From Candidatus Omnitrophota bacterium (GTDB taxonomy: Bacteria; Omnitrophota; Omnitrophia; Omnitrophales; Aquincolibacteriaceae), in contig JAYTHE010000034.1 of NCBI GenBank assembly GCA_043732705.1, positions 1-61,072 on the forward strand: 61,072 nucleotides of DNA. The letters run 5' to 3'. Below are positions 52,569 to 61,072 of this stretch, one piece after another. The translations under genes were made by a program, and so were the position numbers. The first letter of the stretch is position 1. Every line of letters starts with the position of its first letter. The notes beneath the pieces are model-generated. The model saw nothing but the letters and a program-made list of their open reading frames with translations, was not told the origin of the DNA and made no database searches.

Positions 52569-53300
52569 ATGAAGCTTTCTGGGAAAAACATCCTAATTAC
52601 AGGCGCGGCGAAACGCATCGGCCGTGCGATTGCGCTTGAATTGGCCGCTCATGGCGCAAATATTCTCATTCATTACAATTCATCCGCCAAAGATGCCCGG
52701 TCGCTTAAAAGCGAAATTGAAGCTAGGGGCGCCAAAGCTTATCTGTGTCCGTTGAATTTGGCGGGGATTACGCTGCTTAAAATCCGGAGCTTCGTTAAAA
52801 GACTGCCGGTTAAAGTGGATGTGCTTGTGAACAGCGCTTCCGCTTTTTACCCCGTTCCAGTTGGAAAAATAAATGATCAAAATTGGGAAGACTTTATGTC
52901 CGTGAATTTAAAAGCCGCTGTATTGCTTTGTCAGGAAATTGGTTTGCAGATGAAAAAGCGCGGCATAGGCCGAATCGTCAACATGGGTGATTTGATGGGT
53001 GAATGCCCACAGCATAATTTTCTGCCGCATTCAATTTCAAAAGCGGGACTCATGCTCGCGACCAAAGGTTTTGCCAAAGAATTGGCGCCCGAAGTATTGG
53101 TGAATGCAATTTCGCCCGGGCCGATTTTAGAGCCGCCTTTTGGAATGTCATCAGCGGCAAGAAAGAAAACAGCGGATGCGACTTTATTGAAACGTTTTGG
53201 AAAGCCTGAAGATATCGCGCATACCGTGCGTTATTTAATTGAAACAGAGTATGTGACTGGACAAATTATCCGCGTCGACGGCGGCAAATCAATTGCTTAG
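52569..53300 (+). CDS. SDR-family oxidoreductase (pteridine-reductase-like)
   Basis: NILITGAAKRIGRAIA (TGxxxxxG with the AKRIG typical of pteridine reductases), NSAS, and the catalytic SISKAG region (the usual Tyr position reads differently). The neighbour is a queD/PTPS-like gene. Confidence 0.8.
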   Translation: MKLSGKNILITGAAKRIGRAIALELAAHGANILIHYNSSAKDARSLKSEIEARGAKAYLCPLNLAGITLLKIRSFVKRLPVKVDVLVNSASAFYPVPVGKINDQNWEDFMSVNLKAAVLLCQEIGLQMKKRGIGRIVNMGDLMGECPQHNFLPHSISKAGLMLATKGFAKELAPEVLVNAISPGPILEPPFGMSSAARKKTADATLLKRFGKPEDIAHTVRYLIETEYVTGQIIRVDGGKSIA

Positions 53301-53307
53301 TGACGCA

Positions 53308-53370
53308 GTCATCCCCGCGAAGGCGGGGATCCAGATTTTTAAACTAGATTCCCGCTTTCGCGGGAATGAC
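53308..53370. repeat. Intergenic copy of the GTCATCCCCGCG..GGGGATCCAG / CTAGATTCCCGC..GCGGGAATGAC palindromic element
   Basis: Two hairpin units in inverted orientation. Same unit as at 20104-20160 and 43321-43347. Confidence 0.75.
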
Positions 53371-53387
53371 AAACCTTAAAAGGTTTT

Positions 53388-53789
53388 ATGTATCAAGTGA
53401 CCAAGGAAATTCATTTTAGTTATGGCCACCGTTTGGTGGGCCATGCGGGTAAATGCCGCCATGTGCACGGTCATAACGGCCGTGTGCAAATTGAAGTTGC
53501 GGCAGACAAGCTTGATAAGCTCAATATGGTGGTTGATTTTTCTGAAATCTCGCGCACGATCGGAAAATGGATTGATGAGAATTTTGACCATGTTTTAATT
53601 TTGTGGGACAAAGACCCATTGACGCCGGTTTTAAAAGAAAAAGGCGAAAAAATTTTGGTGGTTGAGGAAAACCCGACAGCTGAATTTCTTGCGCGCCGTA
53701 TCTTTGAAGAGGCCCGCAAATTCAAGCTTCCGATCGCTAAGGTTACGGTTTGGGAAACGAATGACAGTTCTGCCTCATATGCCGGCTAG
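53388..53789 (+). CDS. queD: 6-carboxy-5,6,7,8-tetrahydropterin synthase / 6-pyruvoyl-tetrahydropterin synthase family (QueD-like)
   Basis: FSYGHRL, GKCRHVHGHN (the CxxxHGH zinc/catalytic motif), and WETN near the C-terminus. Confidence 0.85.
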   Translation: MYQVTKEIHFSYGHRLVGHAGKCRHVHGHNGRVQIEVAADKLDKLNMVVDFSEISRTIGKWIDENFDHVLILWDKDPLTPVLKEKGEKILVVEENPTAEFLARRIFEEARKFKLPIAKVTVWETNDSSASYAG

Positions 53790-53829
53790 GCTTCAAAGGG
53801 AAGTATCCCTAACCCTTCTCTTTGTCCTC

Positions 53830-53906
53830 CGCGGCCGGACGGGCCGCGCAATCTTGTCCGGCGCTCAGACAGTCCTCGCTTCGCTGCGGAACTCGCGGCG
53901 GACAAG
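53830..53906. repeat. Two GC-rich hairpins in the queD-addB spacer
   Basis: cgcggcc ggac gggccgcg, and cttgtccggcgc ... gcggcggacaag (53853-53864 / 53895-53906). Confidence 0.4.
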
Positions 53907-53938
53907 ACTGCTGAATCACAAAAGTAGAGCTCTTGTCG

Positions 53939-56900
53939 ATGGTTAAGTCTCCGGTCTCCGGTCTCCGGTCTCGGGTCTTGTTCGTGGGTCCCGCCGGTTG
54001 CGGAAAATCCGAGCAGTTGCTTAAAATTTTTGAAGAACGGCTGGCCGTCGAAAACCCCCTCGATCCGCAATCTTATTTTATTGTTCCGTCGCGCGAGCAT
54101 GCCGAGCGCGTTATTAAACGCCTGATTATCCGTGGGTCACCCGGATTTTTTTCAAGCCGCGTCACAACTTTGGATGATTTAATCGAACAAAGTTTTGAAG
54201 TTCCGAATCCGCCCGCCGCGTCCAATTTGACGAAGATTGCGATTGTCCGCCAATTGTTGAATGAAGATTGCGGCGCTTATTTTGAAAAGATCCGTGGGCA
54301 GCCTGGTTTTCTGAATCTCGTACTTAACTTTTTAAGTGAGCTCAAGGACTCTTGCTGGACATCGCAAGCCTTTCGCCTTGAAATGAGCCGTCTTAAAAAG
54401 TTGGAACCGGATGCGGCAATTAAATATGAAGCTTTAGCCGGAATTTATGAGCGATATGAAACGGCATTACAACAACTAGGATTGAGAGATAAGCGCGATA
54501 CGTTGATTCTGTATCGCTCTCGCTCCGCGCCATCTGCACGAACGCTAAGTTTTCATACGCTTTGCCTTGACGGATTTTTTGATTTTACTCCGGTCCAAAT
54601 GGAGTCAGTTGCAGAACTAGCCAAAGCTGCGGAGTACTTTTCCGCAGCGCTGACCTGGGATGCCGCGCATGCTTCAGTTTTTGAACCCGTGACAGCCACG
54701 AAAAAAATGTTTGAAGCTCTCGGCTTTCAAATTCAAAACACCGGCAAAGATTTACCGCGTTTTACTCATTTGGATTTAGCGCATATCAGCCAAAACCTTT
54801 TCCGGGTTGATGCTAAGGTAAAGAAATTTGAGAACGGAATTGATTGGTTTGAAGCCCCGGACACCGAAGCCGAAGCGGAAATGATTGCGCGCCGCATCTT
54901 GCATTGGATTAACGAAAAATCTTGCCGTCCGAGCGATATCGCGGTTCTGCTACGTTCGGTGCGGCCTTACCGCGCTATTTTTGAAACTGTGTTCCGGCGC
55001 TTTAACATTCCCTTCGAAATTCATGAGCGTGAACGTCTTTCGGACAGCGAATGGATTCAAACCGCGGCAAGGCTTGTCCGTATCTTTAGAGAAAGTTGGA
55101 AAAAAGAAGATTGGATGGGGTTTTTGAGGTCATCTTTTGTCGTTAAAATCGCGGAGCAACAGAAAGAGGACCGCTTGCTGCATGCGTTTGAAACCCGTTT
55201 GAGAAAAAAAGGCGTTCGTGAAGGAGTTGAAAATTGGAACAAAGCTTTTTCTGAAACAGGCGGGAAAGAAGCGGACGACGAAGCGATGCGCGGTATTTTT
55301 CTTTTTTTTACAAAGACGGAAACGGAGTGGCGCGCGGCCAAAACTACGGCGGAATGGACGCGCATTTTTAAACACTTGCTTTTTCGTGAATTTGGGATGT
55401 TGGAGTTCCTGAAAGCAGATGGGCGTAGTAGCAGTCGGCTAGAGTTTCCTGCTGAGATTGCTTCGCTTCCTGCGGTCGCTCGCAATGACCAGCAAGGGGA
55501 GAAGGGCGCTCGCAATGACGGGTCATTGCGAGGAGGCAAAGCCGACGAAGCAATCTTCCATTCCCAATCAAGTTTTCTAGGCGCTGAGTCAGCGGCGCCG
55601 GCGCGTTTTGAGAAAATCCTGGAGGAAATGGAGCGCGCCGCGGAACGGGATGCGGGTGAGCAGGCTTTCGAGAAGTTTGCGGATGATTTTTTACACCTTG
55701 TCGAACTAGATTTGTTTTCCTTGCCGCATCTCAACCAAAATACGGTTCAGATTTACGATGTTTCGCTGGCGCGCCAAAAAGAGTACGAAGTGGTTTTTGT
55801 AGCGGGTATGGCTGAAAAACAATTTCCGCTGCAGGTGCGCGAGGATGCGCTGCTTTCGGATTGGGAGCGGCGGTTGATTCAAGCCAAGCCCTATGGGCTG
55901 CCGGAGCGCAAAGCGCGTCAACAGCTTGAAAAATATTTATTTTATCTCGCTGTGACTCGCGCGCGCCGTCACGTTTGTTTGAGTCATGCGCGGCGCGATG
56001 AAGAGGGGAAACCGATTTTGCCCTCGTTTTATTTGGAAGAAGCCAGTGGGCTTTTTGAAGGCGGGCTAAAACCGCAAATCAAAAAAGATACTCAGCCCTA
56101 TCCGGCATTCAATGAGATTTTGACTGATTCGGATTTGCGCCGCGCCAGCGTGGGCGCGCTTTTTAACCCATGGGAAAACCCCCAGCCCGATGAAACTGTT
56201 TTGGCAGCACTTTTGAGGTTGGCATTAAACGACCGGGGTATGCGTTCCGATTTGCGGAAAGCGCTGGCCGGGAATGAAGCCAAGCTAGCGGATGAACGCA
56301 TTCTGGCGCGCGATGTTTTTCGTCCTGCCGCACCCAGCCCCACACGGCTTGAAGCCTACGGCAAATGCGCCTATCAATATTTTTCCGAAAGAGTTCTTAA
56401 GCTGCAAATGACAGAAGAAGATACGCGGGCGCGTGATCAGGGAAAGATTATGCATGGTGTCTTGGAAGATTTTTTTAAAGGTCCCTGGCAAAAAGTTGTT
56501 GAGACTGAGCTGGAAAATCTGATTGATCAATCAATTGAGAAATGGATGTCAATCGAAACGCTTGATTTGGGGCCTTATCAAACTAATTTGGCGTATATCG
56601 AAATGAAAAATATTTTGATGCGTTTTATTCCTTTTGAAATAGAAAGGCTGCGCAAGTCCGCATTTCTGCCGCGCTATTTTGAATGGTCCGTAACGGCGGA
56701 TGATAATAAGCCCACGGAAATTGAATGGGGCGGCATCAAGTTAGGACTTAAAGGGTTTGTGGATCGCCTCGATGTCGATGCGGAAAATAAACACGCAATT
56801 GTTTCCGATTACAAGCGCGCCAAAAGTTTTAAAGCCGGCACGCTTGAAGACGGAACGGCTTTGCAATTGCCGCTTTATCTTTTAGCCGCAAAAAAAGTTT

Positions 56901-57202
56901 TGGGATTGGAGCCGGCCGGCGGGCAATTGCTCAATCTTAAAGAAGGCAAAGCGGGCGGTTTCTATACCGAACAGGCTCAGGTTAAAAAACATTTGGGACA
57001 AGAAGAGTTTGACGCGGTCTTGACGCGCGCGATGCGTTTTTCGCGCCGTTATTTGGATGAACTTGCAAGCGGCCGCATTGCCGTTCAACCGCGTGATTGC
57101 CGCAAAGGCTGCGGGTATGTTTCCGTTTGTCGAATAGAAAAATGGAAGTTGCCGGAGATTGCGGAAAAGATTCGCGCAGAAGATAAAAAATTAGGATTTT
57201 AA
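53939..57202 (+). CDS. addB: AddB-like helicase-nuclease subunit (PD-(D/E)XK nuclease with an Fe-S Cys cluster)
   Basis: N-terminal Walker A GPAGCGKSE. C-terminal nuclease motif GFVDRLD...VSDYKRAK. Four Cys (AYGKCAY...CRKGCGYVSVC). Start is ATG 53939 (TTG 53933 is also possible). The first 12 codons are a GTCTCCG simple tract. Confidence 0.8.
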   Translation: MVKSPVSGLRSRVLFVGPAGCGKSEQLLKIFEERLAVENPLDPQSYFIVPSREHAERVIKRLIIRGSPGFFSSRVTTLDDLIEQSFEVPNPPAASNLTKIAIVRQLLNEDCGAYFEKIRGQPGFLNLVLNFLSELKDSCWTSQAFRLEMSRLKKLEPDAAIKYEALAGIYERYETALQQLGLRDKRDTLILYRSRSAPSARTLSFHTLCLDGFFDFTPVQMESVAELAKAAEYFSAALTWDAAHASVFEPVTATKKMFEALGFQIQNTGKDLPRFTHLDLAHISQNLFRVDAKVKKFENGIDWFEAPDTEAEAEMIARRILHWINEKSCRPSDIAVLLRSVRPYRAIFETVFRRFNIPFEIHERERLSDSEWIQTAARLVRIFRESWKKEDWMGFLRSSFVVKIAEQQKEDRLLHAFETRLRKKGVREGVENWNKAFSETGGKEADDEAMRGIFLFFTKTETEWRAAKTTAEWTRIFKHLLFREFGMLEFLKADGRSSSRLEFPAEIASLPAVARNDQQGEKGARNDGSLRGGKADEAIFHSQSSFLGAESAAPARFEKILEEMERAAERDAGEQAFEKFADDFLHLVELDLFSLPHLNQNTVQIYDVSLARQKEYEVVFVAGMAEKQFPLQVREDALLSDWERRLIQAKPYGLPERKARQQLEKYLFYLAVTRARRHVCLSHARRDEEGKPILPSFYLEEASGLFEGGLKPQIKKDTQPYPAFNEILTDSDLRRASVGALFNPWENPQPDETVLAALLRLALNDRGMRSDLRKALAGNEAKLADERILARDVFRPAAPSPTRLEAYGKCAYQYFSERVLKLQMTEEDTRARDQGKIMHGVLEDFFKGPWQKVVETELENLIDQSIEKWMSIETLDLGPYQTNLAYIEMKNILMRFIPFEIERLRKSAFLPRYFEWSVTADDNKPTEIEWGGIKLGLKGFVDRLDVDAENKHAIVSDYKRAKSFKAGTLEDGTALQLPLYLLAAKKVLGLEPAGGQLLNLKEGKAGGFYTEQAQVKKHLGQEEFDAVLTRAMRFSRRYLDELASGRIAVQPRDCRKGCGYVSVCRIEKWKLPEIAEKIRAEDKKLGF
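55454..55556. repeat. Palindromic element inserted in frame in addB
   Basis: gagattgcttcgcttcctgcggtcgctcgcaatgac ... gtcattgcgaggaggcaaagccgacgaagcaatct. Translates as EIASLPAVARND...SLRGGKADEAI. Confidence 0.7.
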
Positions 57203-57915
57203 AAAGATAGTTTTCGAGAGAAGAACCGGAAGAACATCAATCTACTCAGACAACCGATGCTATGCTCGGAACTCGTAGCTTGATACTCTTCCGGTTCTTT
57301 TTCTCGCAATGTTGTGTGGTGGGCAAAAATAATGAGAAGCTAGGAAATAAATACCGAATGCCTCGAAAAGCTTTCATTTTGACTTGATAATTCCGGCCTC
57401 GAATATCAACATAGCTTCCCATTATATCTTTTTCCATTTAGACGCCGTCAAAATGGAAAAATAAATTTAAACGCTTTTCCTGGTGCTGCTTTGCAGAATC
57501 AGGAAAAGGTAGGGTGGTGAAGCTAGATGGCTGAGGTTGAAGCAGGTTGTGGCGAATTAAATATAAGAACTTTCGACAAAATTAGATTTCTCTAACTTGT
57601 TTCTCCATTTCTTGCCCCCACACCCTACTGCGATGAAAGCTTGGAAATAAGTATTCAGTCGGCGAGTTCGCCGCCTCTGGACGGCGTTGCTTGAGCGGGC
57701 GGAATACTTATTCAAAGCTCAAATTCATGCTGATATTAATAACAGAGTGCAGTTAAATTTATAAACGCGAAGCTGTTTTTAGCATCAGATGGACTTTGGA
57801 ACTCTGATATGCCCCCACATTGCGCTCCTTTATGCTAGTAGGAGATAGTTTAAATTCAATAAAAGTATTTTATGTAACTGTTTACTGTATATGCAATTAA
57901 ATACTTTTTAAACTA

Positions 57916-57944
57916 TTGACAAATGTATTAAATCCATCTAATGT
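57916..57944 (+). promoter_or_regulatory. Candidate sigma70 promoter: TTGACA, 17-nt spacer, TAATGT
   Basis: Hexamers at 57916-57921 and 57939-57944, followed by GGGAGG (57978-57984) and the ATG at 57989. Confidence 0.5.
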
Positions 57945-57988
57945 TCAAATAGATGAAAATATTTAAACAAATCTCTTCGGGAGGCAAT

Positions 57989-60964
57989 ATGAATCGGCAA
58001 AATGATTATAAAAAAGCAGTGAGTGCAGTGGTTACTTTTTTTCTTCTTATGCCGCCTGCCTTTTCGGGAGAAGCCATTACTTTGGTGAACAATCAGCCCG
58101 TTGCCGTTGTTTCAGCGACAGGGACTACTCAAGCGAGTACATCACCCGTGGTATCGGCAGCAGATCCGTCCGCAGCCGGACCGCTTTCTGCTGCAACAAT
58201 TCCGCCGCTTCCTACGGGATTTGTGCGTGCGGCATCGAATGTGAATTTTGCGTTTCAAACTACGGCAACAAACACAGGCACAACCAAGTTAAATCTCATG
58301 AACTTGACAACGGGAATTGTGCAGACTTTGGTTGAAGTTAACACCGCTGCGGGTCTCAGCATTAGCAATGTTCGTGATGTTTCGGCGGACGGGAAGACAG
58401 TCGTGTACGGTTACACGGGTAGCAGTTCCACTGATTATCTGACGGTAGTTCAAGATTTGACTTCACCCGTAAAAAAAAGAACTTTGAATGGCAATCTCCA
58501 AACGATTGAGTTTTTATCGGTAAGTGGAAATTATGGAAATAGTCCTTATCCCGGAATGCTGATTCGGACTACGTATGCTGTGGGGGGAGTAACACAAACG
58601 AGCAGCGTGGATACCTATACTATTAATGTTCTCGAATCCCTCGACAAAAAAGCGAGTTATGAGGTGGTGACGAATGGCTATGCGTATTTTGTCATAGCTG
58701 GCTCGGCTGTAACGGTTGATCAGTCGGCAAGCCGCGGTCACGACTCATTTATTGAGTCATCGATAGTCAATGGAAATATTTATCTTCACTTTAGCTATTA
58801 TTCATCCTACACCACAACAGCATTTTTTCACGCTTACAACACGACTACTAAACAGTGGCGAGAAGATGTAACTCAAGAGGAGTTCGTGCAAACCATGTTG
58901 CCGTCGCAGCTTCCCACAGGTTGGACGCGCGCGACGTCGAATGTGAATTTTGCATTTCAAACGGCGGCAACCAATACTGGCACGACCAAGTTGAATCTTA
59001 TGAATTTAACAACCGGAAGTGTGCAGACCTTGGTTGAAGTTAATTCTGCGGCGGGGCTTAGCATCAGCAGTATTCGTGATGTTTCTGCGGATGGAAAGAC
59101 AGTTGTATATGGTTATACGGGCAACAACCCCACGGATTATTTAACGGTAGTCCAAGATCTGACTTCGCCTGCAAAAAAAAGAACTTTGACTGGCAATTTC
59201 CAGACAATTGCTTTTCTTCCAGTGAGCGGGAATTGGGGAAACAGTCCTTATCCCGGAATGCTGGCTCGGATTACATATGTTGCCGCAGGAGTAACACAGA
59301 CGAGCATCGTAGATACTTTTACGATAAACACTTTAACGTCTATCAATAAAGAAACGGGCTATGAGCTTCAAACGAATGGGTATGCATATTTTCTTATGGT
59401 GGGATCGGATGTAACAGTTGTTCCGAGTGTCAGTCTCACGCATCCCGATTTATTTGTCGAATCCGCGATGGTGAATGGCAGTATTTTTCTTCAATTTAAC
59501 TATCCCAATGCGGCGTTCTACAGCGCAATGTTTTCATTTCCGGTCTATGACACGGTTGCTAAGCAATGGAGAATGACGGCACTAGAGGAGTTTGTGGCGG
59601 CGCTTTCTCCGGAAAAACGAGCCGTCTTTCAATTTTATGGCGGTTTCTTACCAGTGGGAGCGAAGATTACCGGCGTAAGAGCGACAAGCTCTCCGGATTA
59701 CCTGCATGTGGATGTCGTATTTTCCTCTGTAACATCAATACCTACCGGACTTGTTCCTGCTCTTATTCCTGTTGGAACGAAGAGGCAGAGTGTGGGCATT
59801 GCCAGAGTGGGAGCTGATTGGCGGGTTGTCGATGTTGTTTCTTATAACGCGGCAGATCAAGTGTTGCAGCAAGTGCTTTATAGTTACGCGCCCATTAGCA
59901 ATTATCCTGATCACTATTATTATTCCGCTACTTCGTCATCGCGAATCACTTATTATCCGAACGGCGCCTACAAAACACAAATTTTTGAAACCTACGGCGG
60001 GAATGTAGTTAAGTTTGTTTCAAAATCCGAGACTAGGGGATTTGATGAAAGCGGAAAAGTCATTCTGGAAGATAATATTGAATACAACAGCACCGGCGTA
60101 GTGATTAAGAGGCTTAAGAAGGAGTATTGGAATAATGGACAGGTGCGGAGCCAAACTGAATTTCCGTATTATGGCAGCACGGCCTATCAAACGATTGAAC
60201 TTACCACCGAATTTGATGTAAATGGTGTTATTCAGAAACGTATTGTTCAAAAACGAAATAGTGCAGGGGTTCTTATTGAATCCATAATACAGAATACTTA
60301 TCCAAACGGATTAGCTCGCGAGAATTGGGATTACATTTATGTGAATGGTGTTTTAACAACACTTTATTATACTCAGAGTAATTCTGCCGGCACGGTCACT
60401 CGGACATTGACTCAAACTTATTATGCCAATGGAAAAACGGGAGAGGTGTGGGATTACAGCTATGTGAATGGTGTTGCGAATAAGCTTAATTATGCCTCGT
60501 ATAATTCAAGCGGTGTCATCACACGTATCCTCGTTCAGACTTTTTATGGGGATGGAAAAACGACAGGAGAGATTTGGGACTATCGCTATGTGAATGGAGT
60601 GGCGAGCACGCTTAATTATGCTGCATACAATTCAAATGCGACGATTGCACGAATTATTGTACAGACTTATTACACGAACGGAAAAATTGGAGAATCGTGG
60701 GATTATCGCTATGCCAATGGATCTACAATTGCGAGCGTACTTTATTATGGGCAGTACGACGCCAACGGAACTGTTTTGAGAGCACTCACTCAAACTTATT
60801 TCGGTAATGGGGTAGTCTATCAATCATGGGATTACCGGTATACCAATGGAGTGGTATCGGCTTTGTATTATGCTCTCTACGACGTGTATGGAAGATTACG
60901 TACTTATCTTTGGCAGACTTACTATTATGGCTGGCTCACCGGCTCGGGTGTGTATTATTGGTAA
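57989..60964 (+). CDS. Secreted repeat protein (991 aa): tandem ~234-aa duplication plus about six C-terminal ~41-aa Tyr/Asn/Gly-rich repeats (MORN/YwqK-like pattern)
   Basis: Signal peptide (VVTFFLLMPPAFSGEA). Repeats at 58208-58908 and 58909-59600. QTYYxNGKxGExWDYRYVNGV units at 60230-60964. The start is moved to the RBS-supported ATG at 57989. Confidence 0.8.
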   Translation: MNRQNDYKKAVSAVVTFFLLMPPAFSGEAITLVNNQPVAVVSATGTTQASTSPVVSAADPSAAGPLSAATIPPLPTGFVRAASNVNFAFQTTATNTGTTKLNLMNLTTGIVQTLVEVNTAAGLSISNVRDVSADGKTVVYGYTGSSSTDYLTVVQDLTSPVKKRTLNGNLQTIEFLSVSGNYGNSPYPGMLIRTTYAVGGVTQTSSVDTYTINVLESLDKKASYEVVTNGYAYFVIAGSAVTVDQSASRGHDSFIESSIVNGNIYLHFSYYSSYTTTAFFHAYNTTTKQWREDVTQEEFVQTMLPSQLPTGWTRATSNVNFAFQTAATNTGTTKLNLMNLTTGSVQTLVEVNSAAGLSISSIRDVSADGKTVVYGYTGNNPTDYLTVVQDLTSPAKKRTLTGNFQTIAFLPVSGNWGNSPYPGMLARITYVAAGVTQTSIVDTFTINTLTSINKETGYELQTNGYAYFLMVGSDVTVVPSVSLTHPDLFVESAMVNGSIFLQFNYPNAAFYSAMFSFPVYDTVAKQWRMTALEEFVAALSPEKRAVFQFYGGFLPVGAKITGVRATSSPDYLHVDVVFSSVTSIPTGLVPALIPVGTKRQSVGIARVGADWRVVDVVSYNAADQVLQQVLYSYAPISNYPDHYYYSATSSSRITYYPNGAYKTQIFETYGGNVVKFVSKSETRGFDESGKVILEDNIEYNSTGVVIKRLKKEYWNNGQVRSQTEFPYYGSTAYQTIELTTEFDVNGVIQKRIVQKRNSAGVLIESIIQNTYPNGLARENWDYIYVNGVLTTLYYTQSNSAGTVTRTLTQTYYANGKTGEVWDYSYVNGVANKLNYASYNSSGVITRILVQTFYGDGKTTGEIWDYRYVNGVASTLNYAAYNSNATIARIIVQTYYTNGKIGESWDYRYANGSTIASVLYYGQYDANGTVLRALTQTYFGNGVVYQSWDYRYTNGVVSALYYALYDVYGRLRTYLWQTYYYGWLTGSGVYYW

Positions 60965-61031
60965 TGCATTTAGCTTAGCTCCGCAGATTTAACGCAACAC
61001 TTGTGGGATAAAATACCCGCAAGGAGTTGTT

Positions 61032-61072
61032 ATGGGAAGCAAAAAGAAAGTTGTTTATAAGCGGTTACGTGC
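61032..61072 (+). CDS. 5' end of an unidentified CDS (MGSKKKVVYKRLR...), truncated by the window edge
   Basis: AAGGAG lies 7 nt upstream of the ATG. Too short to classify. Confidence 0.3.
   Translation, partial: MGSKKKVVYKRLR

Noticed and set aside
55057-55734. 225-aa minus-strand ORF inside addB
   Set aside because: The translation is S/R/A-rich and antisense to a gene with clear AddB motifs. Part of its openness comes from the GC-rich palindromic insertion.
57246-57437. 63-aa minus-strand ORF in the long intergenic region
   Set aside because: No RBS upstream of its ATG and no recognisable motif. It overlaps the inverted-repeat structures, so it is probably non-coding.
57953-57988. Longer N-terminus for the repeat protein (ATG 57953). 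The same question arose for track starts 10439, 11569, 14049 and 17572.
   Set aside because: The ATG at 57953 lies only 9 nt after the predicted -10 element and has no RBS, whereas 57989 has GGGAGG. In the other four cases the track start is a TTG with no RBS, and a downstream ATG with a Shine-Dalgarno begins the conserved or signal sequence.
1-61072. tRNA, rRNA or other canonical RNA genes
   Set aside because: I scanned the intergenic intervals by eye and found no cloverleaf-compatible sequence (no GTTCGAATC-type T-arm with a matching acceptor stem) and no rRNA-like stretch. A proper tRNAscan/Infernal run was not possible.

Overview
Bacterial chromosomal window that codes almost entirely on the + strand. 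It uses the standard genetic code: neighbouring genes stop at TAA, TAG and TGA.

1-18.0 kb holds ordinary genes: cysK, DJ-1/PfpI, CYTH, pterin-4a-carbinolamine dehydratase, a CheY-like receiver, a TPR-like protein, a DHH/DHHA1 phosphoesterase, a two-partner-secretion pair (TpsB plus an atypical TpsA-like exoprotein), a class-V aminotransferase, an AsmA-like protein, era, a HAD hydrolase, htpX, a ferredoxin, ispH and a glutaredoxin.

18.1-52.5 kb holds a 180-codon ORF paralogous to the N-terminus of the next gene. It is followed by ONE uninterrupted ORF, 18820..52491 (33,672 nt, 11,223 codons). This giant ORF has:
- an N-terminal signal/anchor;
- an HExxH motif;
- a Q/G/S-rich plus coiled-coil region;
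- a vWA (MIDAS) domain and two MoxR/AAA_5-like ATPase domains;
- a 7-repeat propeller-like block;
- dozens of paralogous modules of unknown fold.

Its segment boundaries carry a recurrent R-S-E-x-R pentapeptide (11 copies, 4 of them as pairs bracketing spacers). Its linkers are packed with in-frame hairpin or palindromic DNA elements and GTCT-rich simple tracts. One RSExR-bracketed spacer (32.98-33.68 kb) carries two paralogous small genes on the opposite strand without breaking the giant frame.

52.5-61 kb holds an SDR, a queD-like gene, an addB-like nuclease with an in-frame palindromic insertion, a long structured intergenic region, and a 991-aa secreted repeat protein.

The giant-gene architecture is reminiscent of giant genes reported from uncultivated ultra-small bacteria such as Omnitrophota. 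Taxonomic origin cannot be established from this sequence alone. All domain calls are motif-level readings of the translations; no database search was run.
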